64,000 nucleotides of DNA, taken from NCBI GenBank assembly GCA_951406725.2, contig OX597819.1, positions 118,606,001 to 118,670,000 of the forward strand, given 5' to 3'. The notes below the pieces were generated by a model. The model saw only the letters and a program-made list of their open reading frames with translations. It was not told where the DNA came from and made no database searches. Made by a program: the position numbers and the translations under genes. Source of the DNA: Octopus vulgaris. Taxonomy: Eukaryota. Positions 1 through 13,161 of this stretch are shown here, piece after piece (positions within the stretch are counted from its first letter, which is position 1; the number at the start of each line of letters is the position of its first letter).

Positions 1-374
1 TTAATATGATTTTATATGCTTTTATTCTTATTTATTGTACTGCAACATGATTGTATGTGATTTTAACGGTCTTCTAGTGATTTTACGATAACAGGATTTG
101 TGGCAGGCAGATGTAAAATCGTGTAAAATGTCTTAACTTGATTTTTATTTTTCTATATATTGTTTCTGAAAACCGACGTATAATCGTGGACGATTTAAAT
201 CGACACAACTTAACGCTGCAGATTTCTTTCGGATAATCATATATGAGTATATACGAGTAGAGGATTTCTAGAAATTTAGTTTACTTTTCAAACTCGCTTC
301 ATGTCACTCTCGTTATTTTGCGTGTGTGTTTATGTGAGTGTATCTGTTTGTGTGTGTGTGTGTGTGTTCGTGAG

Positions 375-404
<30 letters not shown>

Positions 405-405
<1 letters not shown>

Positions 406-1165
406 TTAAATCGTTAAATTAAAAGTTTAAATCGTTAAAGTTTAAAAGATGCGGCCATCTTGGGAAACAACCTTTCACTGCGTTACAGAATTATTTAAAA
501 ACCTCCTCTGATATGTGGCATTTGGTGAATAAAGTAGTTTGATGCAGCTGCCTTATTTGAATTTCCTGCTGTGAGGTAGGCTCATCTGGAAACCTTGACG
601 GGAAGAGATCCATTTTGTCTTCTTTTTTTAAGACAGCCACAACCACACCATGCAGATCTCTCACGCATTTCGAAAGGATATTCAAGAGCTGTTGGCCTTT
701 CAAACACAAGTTGTTCCAGTATCCGGTCCTCTATTTTGATGGAGATGCTGGGACCTTTGGCACTAAGCATTGGCGCTCCGTTTTGCTTTTTGTATAAATT
801 TCAATGATAATGTTTGGTGCAAGACATAGGATTTTTCGGATATATATCCCTGCATGTCCCTCCCGCCTTCATCCTATGTAAAAGATTATAATTCTTTCAG
901 TCTTTCCCGGTAGCTGACCATAGTTGTGAGCAGTAGTTCAAGCAGCTGAGGATATATGCTTCAAATGTACCATCATTGTCACCTTTTATTGTGTTTTGAA
1001 ATTTCGGACGATCCATCCAGCTGGCCGCTTATATTTTCTTGCCAAATTAGCAATATGTACTTGGAAAGATTCATCATTGCACACGTTAATGCCCAGCTTA
1101 GGCACTGGTTTTGCAATTTTGCCTGTGCCAGTATATCCTATCTGAATGTCATTCAGCTTTATACA
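405..1165 (-). mobile_element. CR1-like non-LTR retrotransposon, 5'-truncated decayed ORF2 C-terminus plus 3' tail
   Basis: Minus-strand frames give LGINVCNDESFQVHIANLARKYKRPAGWIVRNF, SYRERLKEL and LLNILSKCVRDLHGV...MDLFPSRFPDEPTSQQEIQIR. Homologous to copies at 19165, 50930 and 57047. Short tandem tail at 405-448. Confidence 0.85.
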
Positions 1166-1225
1166 CACACATATATATATATATATTTATATATTTTGCA
1201 AGGAATTTTGTGGTGTCATCGGCAC

Positions 1226-1311
<86 letters not shown>

Positions 1312-1537
1312 TAGCTAATATGAAATAGTGAGATTAATTTCCCAACACCGCATTGGTGGAGGTTTTGTTCATTCTTTTGTGTTTCCATCAAAATTGGAGA
1401 TGGGTATCAAGACTTCTATGTGGCACACTGAACACTTATGAAGAGCTCGGTATATGAAACTATTGGTTGCTACGATGACTTACTTAGCCATATAAATCTT
1501 GCCCCTAAAATCACCATATATCTTCCAACGATTATGA

Positions 1538-1584
<47 letters not shown>

Positions 1585-1629
1585 CAAACACACACACATA
1601 CATACACACACGCACACACACACACACAT

Positions 1630-1722
<93 letters not shown>

Positions 1723-1787
1723 CATACATACATACATACATACATAGATAGATATACATACATATCATGTCAGATGTGTTATATTCA

Positions 1788-1840
<53 letters not shown>

Positions 1841-2167
1841 TGAGTGCATGTGTGTATGTATATGTACAAAACAAATTGACTAAGACAGTGAGCGAAGGAC
1901 TGATAGATAGATAAATATAGATAGATTGATAGACTGACAGACATCACGGGAGAGGGATAGCAACAAGATGAGGAGAATGCAAAGAGAGAGAGAGAGAGAG
2001 ACTCCTCGTTTTCCGTCAATCGATATCAGTAATGTGAGATATAGCGTCAAACATTTTGCCAGATAGGAATTAATTAGTTGAAACTCATTTACGCTGGCCT
2101 TTCACTCAGTACAGCATATTGGAATAAATAATAACTGCAAGTAATTTATTTATCCCATCATTTCCAG

Positions 2168-2186
2168 TACAGGCGATAGAATACGA
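2168..2186 (+). CDS. Candidate 19-nt microexon of unidentified host gene (xQAIEY..)
   Basis: ttatttatcccatcatttccAG|TACAGGCGATAGAATACGA|GTAAGT. Consensus donor; phase-compatible with 8486-8498. Splice signals only. Confidence 0.3.
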
Positions 2187-2373
2187 GTAAGTGCAGTGCG
2201 CTTCCATAGATATCATTATTTGATATCCTTCTTGGATATAATTCATATTCTGATGTTGTTTCCCAACCATATCGACATTATATTATGTCTGTGTATATAA
2301 TATACGTACAAGCTGATATGTTTCTACATGCATCTGTATACGTAATTATATGCATCTCTCTACTTCAGCGTGT

Positions 2374-2406
<33 letters not shown>

Positions 2407-2512
2407 CACACATAGACATTTATGTATATGAGAGGAAGAGAGTGTGAAGAGAGAGAAAAAGAGAGAAATATGCTTTATATATATATATGAATGTATATAA
2501 TATATGTATATG

Positions 2513-2604
<92 letters not shown>

Positions 2605-2781
2605 ATACACATATATATAAAATCCATTTTCTGTCCATCTGCGTAATTCCCTCTCCGCTTCCCCCCGTTATCATTTGTGCCTCTATGCATGTATGTATGT
2701 ATGTATGTATGTATCCATGCATGTTTTATATGGATATATATACATACATACACACACGCATACACACAAACACACACATAC

Positions 2782-2854
<73 letters not shown>

Positions 2855-3286
2855 TACATACATGTACACACCCCTACACACACATGCACATATATCTGCC
2901 AACGTAGGCATATGCATTCTACGCTTAGATAAACTTTGCTTGGATATAAACCAACATTCTGAAAACCATTCCACCGTAAATTTCTATATTAAATATTGCC
3001 GAGGACTGCAAGTTATAAGTTCGTCTCTGTAGGCCAATTGGGCGCTTGGCTTCATTTGGGAGGAATGCCAGATTTCAGGTGCTCTTTGCTGAAGTTTAAA
3101 ATCTAACTGCCATTGAATATATCCGAACGAAGTTTTGGCGCACACCCGATCGGTTGCATCTCCATAATTAGCAGAAAATTCTAGAATTTTTATGTCTGCT
3201 TCATATACATTTAATGTCCTTATGTTGCATCGAATTTTGTTCGTTATAAAATATTATTCCCCGATACGTATTCTTGGTCTACTTAT

Positions 3287-3393
3287 CTACTGCAGCTGCT
3301 GCTGCTTCGTCTGCTACAACTAATACTACGACCACAAACACTATCACCATCTCCACCAGAACCACTTCCACCACCACCAACAATTCTATTATA

Positions 3394-3454
<61 letters not shown>

Positions 3455-3651
3455 ATACTACTGCAGCTGCTGCTGCTGCTACTACCACTACTACTACTAC
3501 CACTACTACTACTACCACTTCTACTACCACCTCCACTACCATCGCCACAACCACCACAACTGAAACAACAACTACTACTACAAAAACTACTAATACTATC
3601 ACTACTACCACCACATCCAACCCTACCGCTACTAAAACAACAACAACAACA

Positions 3652-3709
<58 letters not shown>

Positions 3710-3720
3710 ACTACTACTGA
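3287..3720. repeat. (ACT/ACC/GCT)n trinucleotide low-complexity tract
   Basis: Direct reading; explains the poly-Thr/Ser/Val ORFs. Confidence 0.95.
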
Positions 3721-3859
3721 CACCACTCTTGCTGCTGCTGCCGTTGCAGCTGTTGCTGTTTCTACTACCTCCATTTGTGATGCTTCTTCTACACTTCCTA
3801 GTATTAACACTAATCGGAACACTTTTATTTATAAATTTCATGTTTTAAACGTTTGTTCC

Positions 3860-4075
3860 CCTTCTCATCATCACCGTGTGTATCATCAGCACCACCAATG
3901 CCATCACAAGGAATTACTACCACCACCTTCACCACCACCACCTTCATCATCATCATCATCATCTTATCATCATCCTCATCATCATTGATATCGTCATCTT
4001 CATTATCTTCACTTTCATGGTCATTGTAATCATTCTTTTCTCTATCACGTATAGATATATTCATCATCACGTTCA
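3860..4075. repeat. (CAT/CAC)n trinucleotide low-complexity tract
   Basis: Direct reading; explains the poly-His/Asp/Met ORFs. Confidence 0.9.
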
Positions 4076-4112
4076 TTTTCTATAAATGTATTTATGTTTG
4101 CGTCGCTGCCAT

Positions 4113-4203
<91 letters not shown>

Positions 4204-4362
4204 GTGACGGTGTCGAGCCTTTCTGGTGACGTCGATGTTCGCCTGGGGCTAAATGCAACAGTAACACCCCCACCACCCTGCCCTGTCCCTAGCCATATTC
4301 AGATGGCTTTAGTCCCTTATGTTATCGAGCAGTTACTGTCTATATCTCTTTTAGAGAATTAT

Positions 4363-4502
<140 letters not shown>

Positions 4503-4899
4503 TAATTGCCTTTTCGCCAATATTAGAACTTATCATTATATTTATTACTGCTGAAGAGCGACAGGCGAAACACCTTGAGTTAATTAGCTGCTGTTGATTG
4601 AAAACCTTGCTTCAAATTTCACTGTAGTTGACTTTGATTTACGTTCGTCCCTGTTGATAAATTAAATACTGATATAATGTGACCGCAATAATGGAGGACA
4701 ATGTATCTGATAAATGTGCTTTGTATTGTCTCTCTTTGAAGCTTTGTTATATTTGTTGCTGCTATTATTGCTTGTGTTATTATTCTTAATCTTTACGTAT
4801 AATTATTAATATTCAGTATTGTTATTTTTATCACGTGTTTTCACTGCACTACGGATCACCGATATATGTGTCTTGGTTATGTGTTTGCTTTGGTATCAT

Positions 4900-6560
4900 T
4901 TTCACTGTATCGAAAGTGGTTTACGTAGGATATGTGTAGTGTCTAGCAGTGCTGTTTTCGGTATATTACATGTATTTGTAAGTTATTGTTGTCCATTTTT
5001 CTGCATGTAATTTTTTAACCAAACTCAATGCAACTATTATTAGAGGGTTCATTCCGTTTTCATCTCCTCATTCGGGTTATCCCTATATTCAAGCCTTTGT
5101 ACTCATAGAGTTTCTATGTTTTCTTTTAAGATATATTATCATCTATTGCAACTGACATGACGATTAGAAGGCATTTTCCTTTCTCAGCACTTACTGATGA
5201 CAAAATCTTGCAAGTTAGCCTACCTCTATCTATTTGGATGGGAGGGCACATCACACACTATGGCTGCTTTGACATTTACTAAGATCTTGTTTTGAGATAT
5301 GCATACAGCAGTTATTCCTTATCTCATTATATTGCGCTGGTACAGACACTAGTGTATATATGTTCTAACTCACTCACATCTGTGGTTATATTTCTCCTTA
5401 GCCAGGACTGGGCAACCAAAGACTATATGATTTATTATCTCTTACCCATTCTCACATATTCTGCAATTCTTTATTTTATTTATCTGAATTGTGTGATTTC
5501 GTTGTTTTGTGGTGAAGAGTCTTTGATTTTGTTCCGCAATTAAATCCCTTCAAACTCTGCTCCCAAGCTTCTCAACTATTATTGGGATTTCACTTTTGAC
5601 TGTTTCATCCCAGCTTTTGTCATATAAGGCCTTTCTTGCCATCATTTTATCATGACAGTTTGAACTTCCAGTTATAATTTAGATTTCAGTTTTTTTTTAC
5701 AGTTGTTGTTGTTTCTTCATTTTCTTCTTAGTCGTCAGGCATTAAGACCTCGTTCTGGCATTTCTTCGTTTCCTTGAAGAAAGAAAACAGTTTTTTTCAC
5801 TCATGCTTTGTGACTATTTGTACAAATTGACATCGGTCATGCATAAGTAATATCTGTATTTTTATAGCGTATATTTTATAGTAAGTTTCTAGTTGAATAA
5901 GTCACCTTTACTTACTCTTTTACTCTTTTACTTGTTTCAGTCATTTGACTGCGGCCATGCTGGAGCACCACCTTTAATCGAGCAAATGGACACCGGGACT
6001 TATTCTTTTGTAAGCCCAGTACTTATTCTATCGGTCTCTTTTGCCGAACCGCTAAGTGACGGGGACATAAACACACCAGCATCGGTTACCAAGCTATGCT
6101 AGGGGGACAAACACAGACACACAAACACACACACGCATATATATATATATATATGACGGGCTTCTTTCAGTTTCCGTCAACCAAATCCACTCACAAGGCT
6201 TTGGTAGGCCCGAGGCTATAGTAGAAGACACTTACCCAAGGTGCCACGCAGTGGGACTGAACCCGGAAGCATGTGGTTGGTAAACAAGCTACTTACCACA
6301 CAGCCACTCCTGCGCCTACTTGCTTGTATAATTAAACTTTCTATGGCAGCTTTTGCATGGTGTATTCTAAATTCGGCCAATATTTTTATTAGCAGCGCCT
6401 TAAAATTTCTAGTTAAATATTCAAGCCAAACACTGGGAACCCCGCCGTGCACTCATACTTACCAACTATTTAATTTTTGCTGTACCAGGTTTGCTTCTTC
6501 TGTTGTTATGAGTTTCCAGATTTGTTCAGATATTATAATTTTCGCTTCAGTTGATCTCTT
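4900..6560 (-). mobile_element. Decayed R4/Dong-like (RLE-type) LINE fragment, interrupted by the SINE at 5906-6317
   Basis: Minus-strand remnants IHHAKAAIESLIIQ (cf. MHHPKADIERLY), LIQLETYYKI and NHIV.GCPVLAKEKY (zinc-knuckle region) continue across the SINE. Confidence 0.7.
5906..6317 (-). mobile_element. SINE family A, full length (tRNA-derived head, CORE-like segment, internal microsatellite, CR1-like tail)
   Basis: Reverse complement: A box TGGCTGTGTGG, B box GGTTCAGTCCC, ACCTTGGGTAAGTGTCTT CORE-like segment, tail GGTGCTCCAGCATGGCCGCAGTCAAATGACTGAAACAAG(TAAAAGAG)n. Closely similar to 18429 and 44646. Confidence 0.92.
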
Positions 6561-6926
6561 CCTGAGTAGTTCCTTTATTATCCATAATTATTTACACAAA
6601 ACTTCCACATCTCCTGCAGCTGGTGGTGTATTGATCACATTTCCTTTTTCACCGAGTTCTTATTAAAATTGTGTCAGATGAATTAATACGTGAAGAAGAA
6701 CCGTTCAGAAGCTAATACCAGACACTAATCCTTAGTTGGCTGCAATGGGCGGCAGTTACCTCTTCAATTATGTACAATGAATACCAAACTCGGTAAAACT
6801 TTTGTAAGATATTTCTTAAAGAAGAACGTTTCGGATTTTCCATGATTATTTCTGTTACTGCACATGTACTTACGATGTTCTAAAATTACAATAGCCCATT
6901 TAATGCAGAAATATGCAAAAAACCTA

Positions 6927-6935
6927 ACTATTTAT

Positions 6936-7013
<78 letters not shown>

Positions 7014-7043
7014 GTCTGTCTGTCTGTCTGTCTATCTATATAT

Positions 7044-7082
<39 letters not shown>

Positions 7083-7105
7083 CCTATCTATCTATCTATC
7101 TATGT
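6927..7105. repeat. (TCTA)n/(TCTG)n microsatellite
   Basis: Direct reading. Confidence 0.95.
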
Positions 7106-7586
7106 TCCCTCTCTCTCTGTCTCTCTTTCTCTCTCTCCCCTGCAACCTGCTGCTTCTCAACCATTTCGTTGGCGATCGTATCTCGCCAACATGTGTATGT
7201 GTCCCCTCTACCGAAAAGGTAATTATTTCTACGCCAGCTGCTATGTTGTTGTTGTTTTTGTCTCATTTGGTCTAAAGTCGTAAGACAACCACCGTTATAT
7301 ATATTTTGTTTAACCATTACCGTTTTCAATTTCGTTTTCGTCTCTCGTATTTACATCCGTCTCGTGCGTTTACATTCTTGTCTTCTACCAATAAATCTAA
7401 TGCCTACAGCTTAGTTTTTTCTTTTTCTTGGGGCTGGCCGAGTTGGAGCAAATATCAGAATTGAATAGCCGAAATTTGCGATGATGATTCGGTGTCTGAC
7501 TGAAGATTGAAGGCTTCGAATGATTTGTCTGTGTTCCGTGTTTGTCCCTTCCTGTATTTCACGTTCTTTATATATAAAATATTTAT

Positions 7587-7630
<44 letters not shown>

Positions 7631-7634
<4 letters not shown>

Positions 7635-7810
7635 GAAGAATTCACAAAAAAAGACGAAGACAGGTGGTGTAGACAACAAACAGATGTATTAGTATAACGC
7701 TCGGGAAGTGAAAAATTCTTTAACGTTTCGAGCCTATTCTCTTCCACAGAAAGGAACACAGAAAGAAACAAGGAAAGAAAATAAAGAATGTGTAGTGGCT
7801 AGCGATTTAA
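7631..7810 (-). mobile_element. (TA)n-associated Penelope-like terminal fragment with decayed hammerhead motif (7717-7750)
   Basis: Homologous to 48090-48210 and 59355-59500. Reverse complement reads tctg-TGGAAGA-gaataggctc-GAAA-cg-TT-aaaga, with the core mutated. Confidence 0.6.
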
Positions 7811-8259
7811 CTACCTATCTATCTATTTATCTTTCTAACTACCTATCCATCTATATATGTATCTATCCACCTATTTATTTATCTGTCTGTCTGTCTTTTC
7901 TCTCTACCTCTATACGTCACTATCTATGTATCTATCTATAATATATGTGTCTAAATATGTATGTATGCATATAGCATACACCTACATTAAACATGTGTAC
8001 ACACACGTATATTCACAGATTTACAACTACTCCTTTTCATATTTCTACGTTATTTCACACCTTTACTTACTGAATAGCTTATTCCTAACTATTAATTTTT
8101 AAAAAAATTATGATGAATGCTGACAAATCTAAAACTCAAATCTTATATTTTCATTTCAATGTTTTTGAAAGAAATTTACATCCTTCTGCAAATATTGGCC
8201 ACGTCTCTTGAGAGATTACATCATATATATAAAATCCGTGGCAGCTATATTCACACACA

Positions 8260-8296
<37 letters not shown>

Positions 8297-8485
8297 GCAT
8301 GCACGCAAAAATTCACTCAAATACAATCAGTTATGTACATCTATATGGATTACGTGAAACTGCTTTATATTTAATAACAGCTTTTATTTTACATATTTAC
8401 GCCTGTTGACATTGTAAATTCTATGGAAAATTTTATAAATCCACTGTTAACTGTTCTACTTCTTTATCGTTCTATCTTCTTGCAG

Positions 8486-8498
8486 ACGTGATATTGTT
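8486..8498 (+). CDS. Candidate 13-nt microexon (..RDIV)
   Basis: Branch-like tgTTAAC, long pyrimidine tract ctgttctacttctttatcgttctatcttcttgcAG|ACGTGATATTGTT|GTAAGT. Confidence 0.4.
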
Positions 8499-8535
8499 GT
8501 AAGTTGGTACTTCTTTACAAGAATATCTAAAATAT

Positions 8536-8922
8536 GATGGAAGCACTCCGTCGGTTACGACGACGAGGGTTCCGGTTGATCCGAATCAACGGAACAGCCT
8601 GCTCGTGAAATTAACGTGTAAGTGGCTGAGCACTCCACAGACACGTGTACCATTAACGTAGTTCTCGGGGATATTCAGCGTGACACAGAGTGACAAGGGC
8701 GGCCCTTTGAAATACAGGTACAACAGAAACAGGAAGTAAGAGTGAGAGAAAGTTGTGGTGAAAGAGTACAGCAGGGATGACCACCATCCCCTGCCGGAGC
8801 CTCGTGGAGGTTTTTAGGTGTTTTCGCTCAATAAACACTCACAACGCCCGGTCTGGGAATCGAAACCGCGATCCTATGACCGCGAGTCCGCTGCCCTAAC
8901 CACTGGGCCATTGCACCTCCAC
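8536..8922 (-). mobile_element. SINE family B (tRNA-derived head), tail type 1, with 11-bp TSD
   Basis: Head GGAGGTGCAATGGCCCAGTGGTTAGGGCAGCGGACTCGCGG...GGTTTCGATTCCC. TSD ATCTAAAATAT at 8525-8535 and 8923-8933. Confidence 0.92.
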
Positions 8923-9580
8923 ATCTAAAATATATCATTGAGAGAGTCACATATGCCTTGTTGCCTGTGATCGTCCTGTTTTATAGAATACGTCCTGCAT
9001 TGTGATGTGTTAAAAGTATTACTTCCGTCGTTATTATTTTACTTGGAAAATTTATGAAAGCCACTAATGGTTTCTTATTATAACTAAGTTTCTATTGTGT
9101 GACGTAATTCTGTATTATTGATCCGTGGTTTGAATAATTTGGAAGAAAGCGTGTGATCCTTAAATTTATGCAAAACTTAATCGTCATGACAACGATTAAA
9201 ACTTTCTGTATTGTATAAATATCATTAATTCATGATATTCTTCATAAACTAATGCGGACGTTGACCTGATAATAGTTGGTTACTCTGTATTTAGTATGTA
9301 AAATTAATGCATTAAATGAGTGTCTTTCCATTTTGTGTTATACAGAGTATTATTTATATTGTATTGCTGAAGTATTGTAATATTCTATGACTTGGTCTTT
9401 TAATGTTAAAATGGGGTTTCTTATTGTTTAGCGTTTATTCCGTTCTGTCTATTTTTTGTAATTGCTGGTTACGTTGACATTTATTTCAAGAATTTGTCAC
9501 ACTAACATACGTATTTGTATCTTTGTTAATATATTCGGTTTCTCTTTCTTTTCCACTTTTTTTCTCTCTCGCAATGTCTG

Positions 9581-9673
<93 letters not shown>

Positions 9674-9689
9674 TTGTGTGTATGTCTGT

Positions 9690-9886
9690 GGGTATGTATT
9701 TGTGTGTCTGTGTTTCTTCCCCACCATCACTTGACAACCGATGTTGCTGTGTTTACGTCAAAGATACCTAGCGGTTAAACAAAAGGTGCCTGATAGGGTA
9801 AGTACTAGGCAGCAATTCCTGGGGTTGATTTGTTCGACTAAGGGCGGCACTCCAGCATGGCCGCAGTCAAAATGACTGAAAGAAGT
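9690..9886 (+). mobile_element. SINE family A, 3' half
   Basis: CTTGACAACCGATGTTG...GGCGGCACTCCAGCATGGCCGCAGTCAAAATGACTGAAA. Confidence 0.85.
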
Positions 9887-9937
9887 ATATAAAATATATA
9901 TATATAAGGTTATATATGTATGAATATATATATATAT

Positions 9938-10008
<71 letters not shown>

Positions 10009-10020
10009 TATGTATATACA

Positions 10021-11187
10021 CAGGTTTTGGACAAAATAATGGAAACAACTAGCATCATAGCATCATAATTTTGGAATATTTATAAAACTGTCAAAAGCTT
10101 GTTTATTTTTATGATTTTTTATGTATTATTAGTGTTGCTTAATATGTTTTGCTAAATTGCTGTTTCGTCTCAGATATCATTAGGAAAAGGTAATTAAACT
10201 TCATTAAATGGCAGACTTATCGAACTTTCAAAGAGGTAAAATTGTTGGTGCTCGTATGGCAGGCGCTAGCATAACAAAAACGGCCCAAATGTTTGGTGCA
10301 TCAAGAAGTAATGACAGCGTTTTAGAAAGACAGAAAACATCTTCGCGAAAACAAAGCTCCGGAAGAAAAGCAAAACATTCAGATAGGAACCGTCGGACAC
10401 TTACGCGAATTGTTACAAAGAATCACGAAACTACAACTCCCTAATTTACTGCAGAGCTTAATGACCACGTCAAGAATACGGTTTGCACAAATACTGTTTG
10501 CCGGGAGCTGCAGAAAGCCGGATTTCAGGGAAAGGCTGCTATAAGAAAGCCATTACTTCCAAAAACAAACGTTGCAAAGCGTTTACAGTTGAGAAAATCT
10601 TACAAAATCCTTTACCTTATTTCCGACGACAGGCCGAGTATACGTGTAGAGACAGCCAAAAGAAGCATTTGACACAGACTACCTTCTCCGAAGTGTTAAA
10701 CATGGAGGATTTGTGATGATCTGGTCGTGGAGGGTATATCTTATAAAACCGGCGAGGCAGTGGTGTCCCTTCATAACACGATGAAGAGTCAAGACTTTTT
10801 ATCGGATCAAATTCCTCCTATGGTTCCGGAACTGTTTCCGGCGGGAAACGTAATCTTTGAGTATGACAATGCACCAATTCACACAGCTAACATTGTTACT
10901 GAATTACACGAGTAAAATTCTAAGAACGTTGAACATCTTATCTGACCACCGCCGTCTCCAGATCTCAAGATTATTGAACAGTAAGGAGTCGATATCCTTA
11001 CCTACAAGAACTGGAAACGACTCTAGCTGAAGAACGTACAAAACGTTCTTTGGAAATAATTCAAATTTGTACGAGTCCTTATATCGTAGAATTCAATGTG
11101 TGATTACTGCCAAAAGCTGTCCTATTCCATATTAAAATAAATTTGTTTGGAACTTTAAGGTGTTTCCATTATTTTGTCCAACTCCCG
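10021..11187 (+). mobile_element. Tc1-family DNA transposon with pseudogenised transposase (ATG at 10208)
   Basis: TIRs caggttTTGGACAAAATAATGGAAACA and TGTTTCCATTATTTTGTCCAActcccg followed by TA. HTH start MADLSNFQRGKIVGARMAGASITKTAQMFG; catalytic DNAPIHTA...PPPSPDLKIIE; frameshifts and stops. Confidence 0.95.
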
Positions 11188-11195
11188 TATATTAT

Positions 11196-11286
<91 letters not shown>

Positions 11287-11581
11287 TTACCCACTACCTA
11301 GAACCCACGCGAATAAAAAAGAGAGACAGAGACAGACAGAGAAAAGAAAAATATCCCTTACATTTAAAAACTATATTTAAAAAAGGATTTCATTTAATTT
11401 TTCCACAATTTAATTGTTATCCATGTTTGAAAAAGTCGCAAAGTATGAAACCGGTACTTAAATGTTCTTCATGATAAAATTACTTTAGAATATTCTACCT
11501 TGTCTTATTTTCCTTATGCGTATCAACACGTGCGTTCCTTTTCAACACTCTACACACACATATATATGGGTATATTTATAT

Positions 11582-11677
<96 letters not shown>

Positions 11678-12046
11678 GTGTGTGTGTGTGTGTGTGTTAT
11701 AGCCTCAGACCGACCAAAGACTTGTGAGAGGATTTCGTACACAAACTAAAAGTTCCCTCTCGTCTGCCGCATCCGACTATCACGCTGGATATACTTTACT
11801 GACAACGGAAGCGACCGACTGTGTATAAGCAGTTAAGCTCACGGTCGATCTATGGTGAGTGGCTTCTCACTGCGTGGACTACACTGCCGTATCGGCAGTC
11901 GCGCCGAATTTTATTAGACCTTGTACATATATAGGTGTGTGTATGTATGTGTATGTGTGTGAGTGTGTGTTTTTTGTGTGCGTATTCGTGCAAATATATA
12001 TATATATATATAAATATATATATATTTATATATATATATATATATA

Positions 12047-12318
12047 TGGAGGCGCAATGGCCCAGTAGTTAGGGCAGCAGACTCGCGGTTTCGAATCCCA
12101 GGCCATGCACTGTGAGTGTTTATTGAGCGAAAACACCTACAGCTCCACGCGGTTCCGGCAGGTGATGGTGGCGTTCCCTGCTGTACCCTTTCGCCACAAC
12201 TTTCTCTCACTCTTTCGTCTGTTGGCCTACTCGCTTAGCCAGCGGTGTGACGTCATTTGAAGACTAAAACAGTGCGTAGCGCATTGTGTAGCAACATCTG
12301 ATAGCCTTGTCGGTCACG

Positions 12319-12322
<4 letters not shown>
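12047..12322 (+). mobile_element. SINE family B, tail type 2, inserted in (TA)n
   Basis: Same head as 8536-8922; tail CTGTTGGCCTACTCGCTTAGCCAGCGG...GTCGGTCACGGTGA shared with 52668-52972. Confidence 0.88.
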
Positions 12323-12361
<39 letters not shown>

Positions 12362-12407
12362 AAATGATAGAATGGAGTCGAACGAAGATGTTAACAAAAT
12401 TCCTTTA

Positions 12408-12487
12408 TCTCGACATATGTTTCGAAGACAACATGGTTTCATTCCAAAGGAATAAAGGGTGCATTATGCAATCTTCTCATCAGGAAA
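12408..12487 (-). ncRNA. Minimal type I hammerhead ribozyme
   Basis: Reverse complement: tttc-CTGATGA-gaagat...gtcttc-GAAA-catatg-TC|gaga. Intact core, long helix II, palindromic helix III (ACATATGT). Confidence 0.85.
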
Positions 12488-12771
12488 GAAAGGGAGCCTC
12501 TCTCGACAACAAGACAAACAAAAATTTCGATGATTGCGTACATGGTAAACAAAACGATAATGAGTGTTTTTTTAAAAAAACCGTTAGAAGAATTGACGTC
12601 AAATATAGATAGTAGGAAGAGAAGGGTTAAAGGAATAATAGTTAGGGGGTAGGGAAGTGGAGAGGGAAGGGTACGTTGATTGAAAGAATGTTCGAAGGCT
12701 TAGGAAAGAATTTCGCTATAGAAGTGGGGTGGACGTAAAGCTAATTGTTCAAACCAAAGGGACTATCGTTA

Positions 12772-13161
12772 TCAATTATATGAGTAGAAAGTATGTTTCC
12801 GCCAGTGTTTACACTTGTATGATTTTTCTATGAGTGTGTTTACAAGGGGAACCTTAGAGAAGAGAATATAGAAGATTTCAGAGTTACAAACGTTACAAAA
12901 TCTCTTACCCTTATCAAAATGAAAGGATACAGGCAGTATGAACCAATCTAACTTGAAATTTATATTGTTGTTTTTAAGACGCCAAACTAATTGACTTAGC
13001 CTTGTACTATGTCGTTTTTTACTATCCCTGAATGTTGAATAATGGTTAGAAATTCTTTTGGATAACTGAGAAGTGGACGCTCCTATATAGAACAAGACAT
13101 CGGTACCGGAAGAAATTCTACGCTGGTAAATAGTATTCTTAATCTTAGAATTACTAGACAC
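12772..13161 (-). pseudogene. Penelope-type GIY-YIG endonuclease domain (truncated ORF remnant)
   Basis: NTIYQ...FYIGAST...KRISNHYSTF...STRLSQLVWRLK...FCNVCNSE...LVN...KCKH, matching the PLE endonuclease with CxxC and CxH motifs. Confidence 0.88.

Noticed and set aside
3033-3078. AG/GT-bounded 46-nt segment; one frame (ANWALGFIWEECQ) resembles a TRPC helix
   Set aside because: Weak donor (GTGCTC), only ~15 codons, no other TRP-like exons, and it breaks the phase of the candidate chain.
3274-3720. Mucin-like Thr-rich 148-aa ORF
   Set aside because: Pure trinucleotide repeat with a TTG start and no signal peptide or splice support.
4551-4575. CTGAAGA-gc..gc-GAAA hammerhead-like string
   Set aside because: No helix III/UH site; it aligns with a decayed SINE C head.
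7425-7530. Possible HDV-like or hammerhead fold (gcaaat..gccgaa atttgc; ctgaaga)
   Set aside because: Could not build the required helices; left as an unclassified (TA)n-associated repeat.
8850-8922. tRNA genes at SINE heads
   Set aside because: A/B boxes are present but there is no full cloverleaf or acceptor stem; they continue into SINE bodies.
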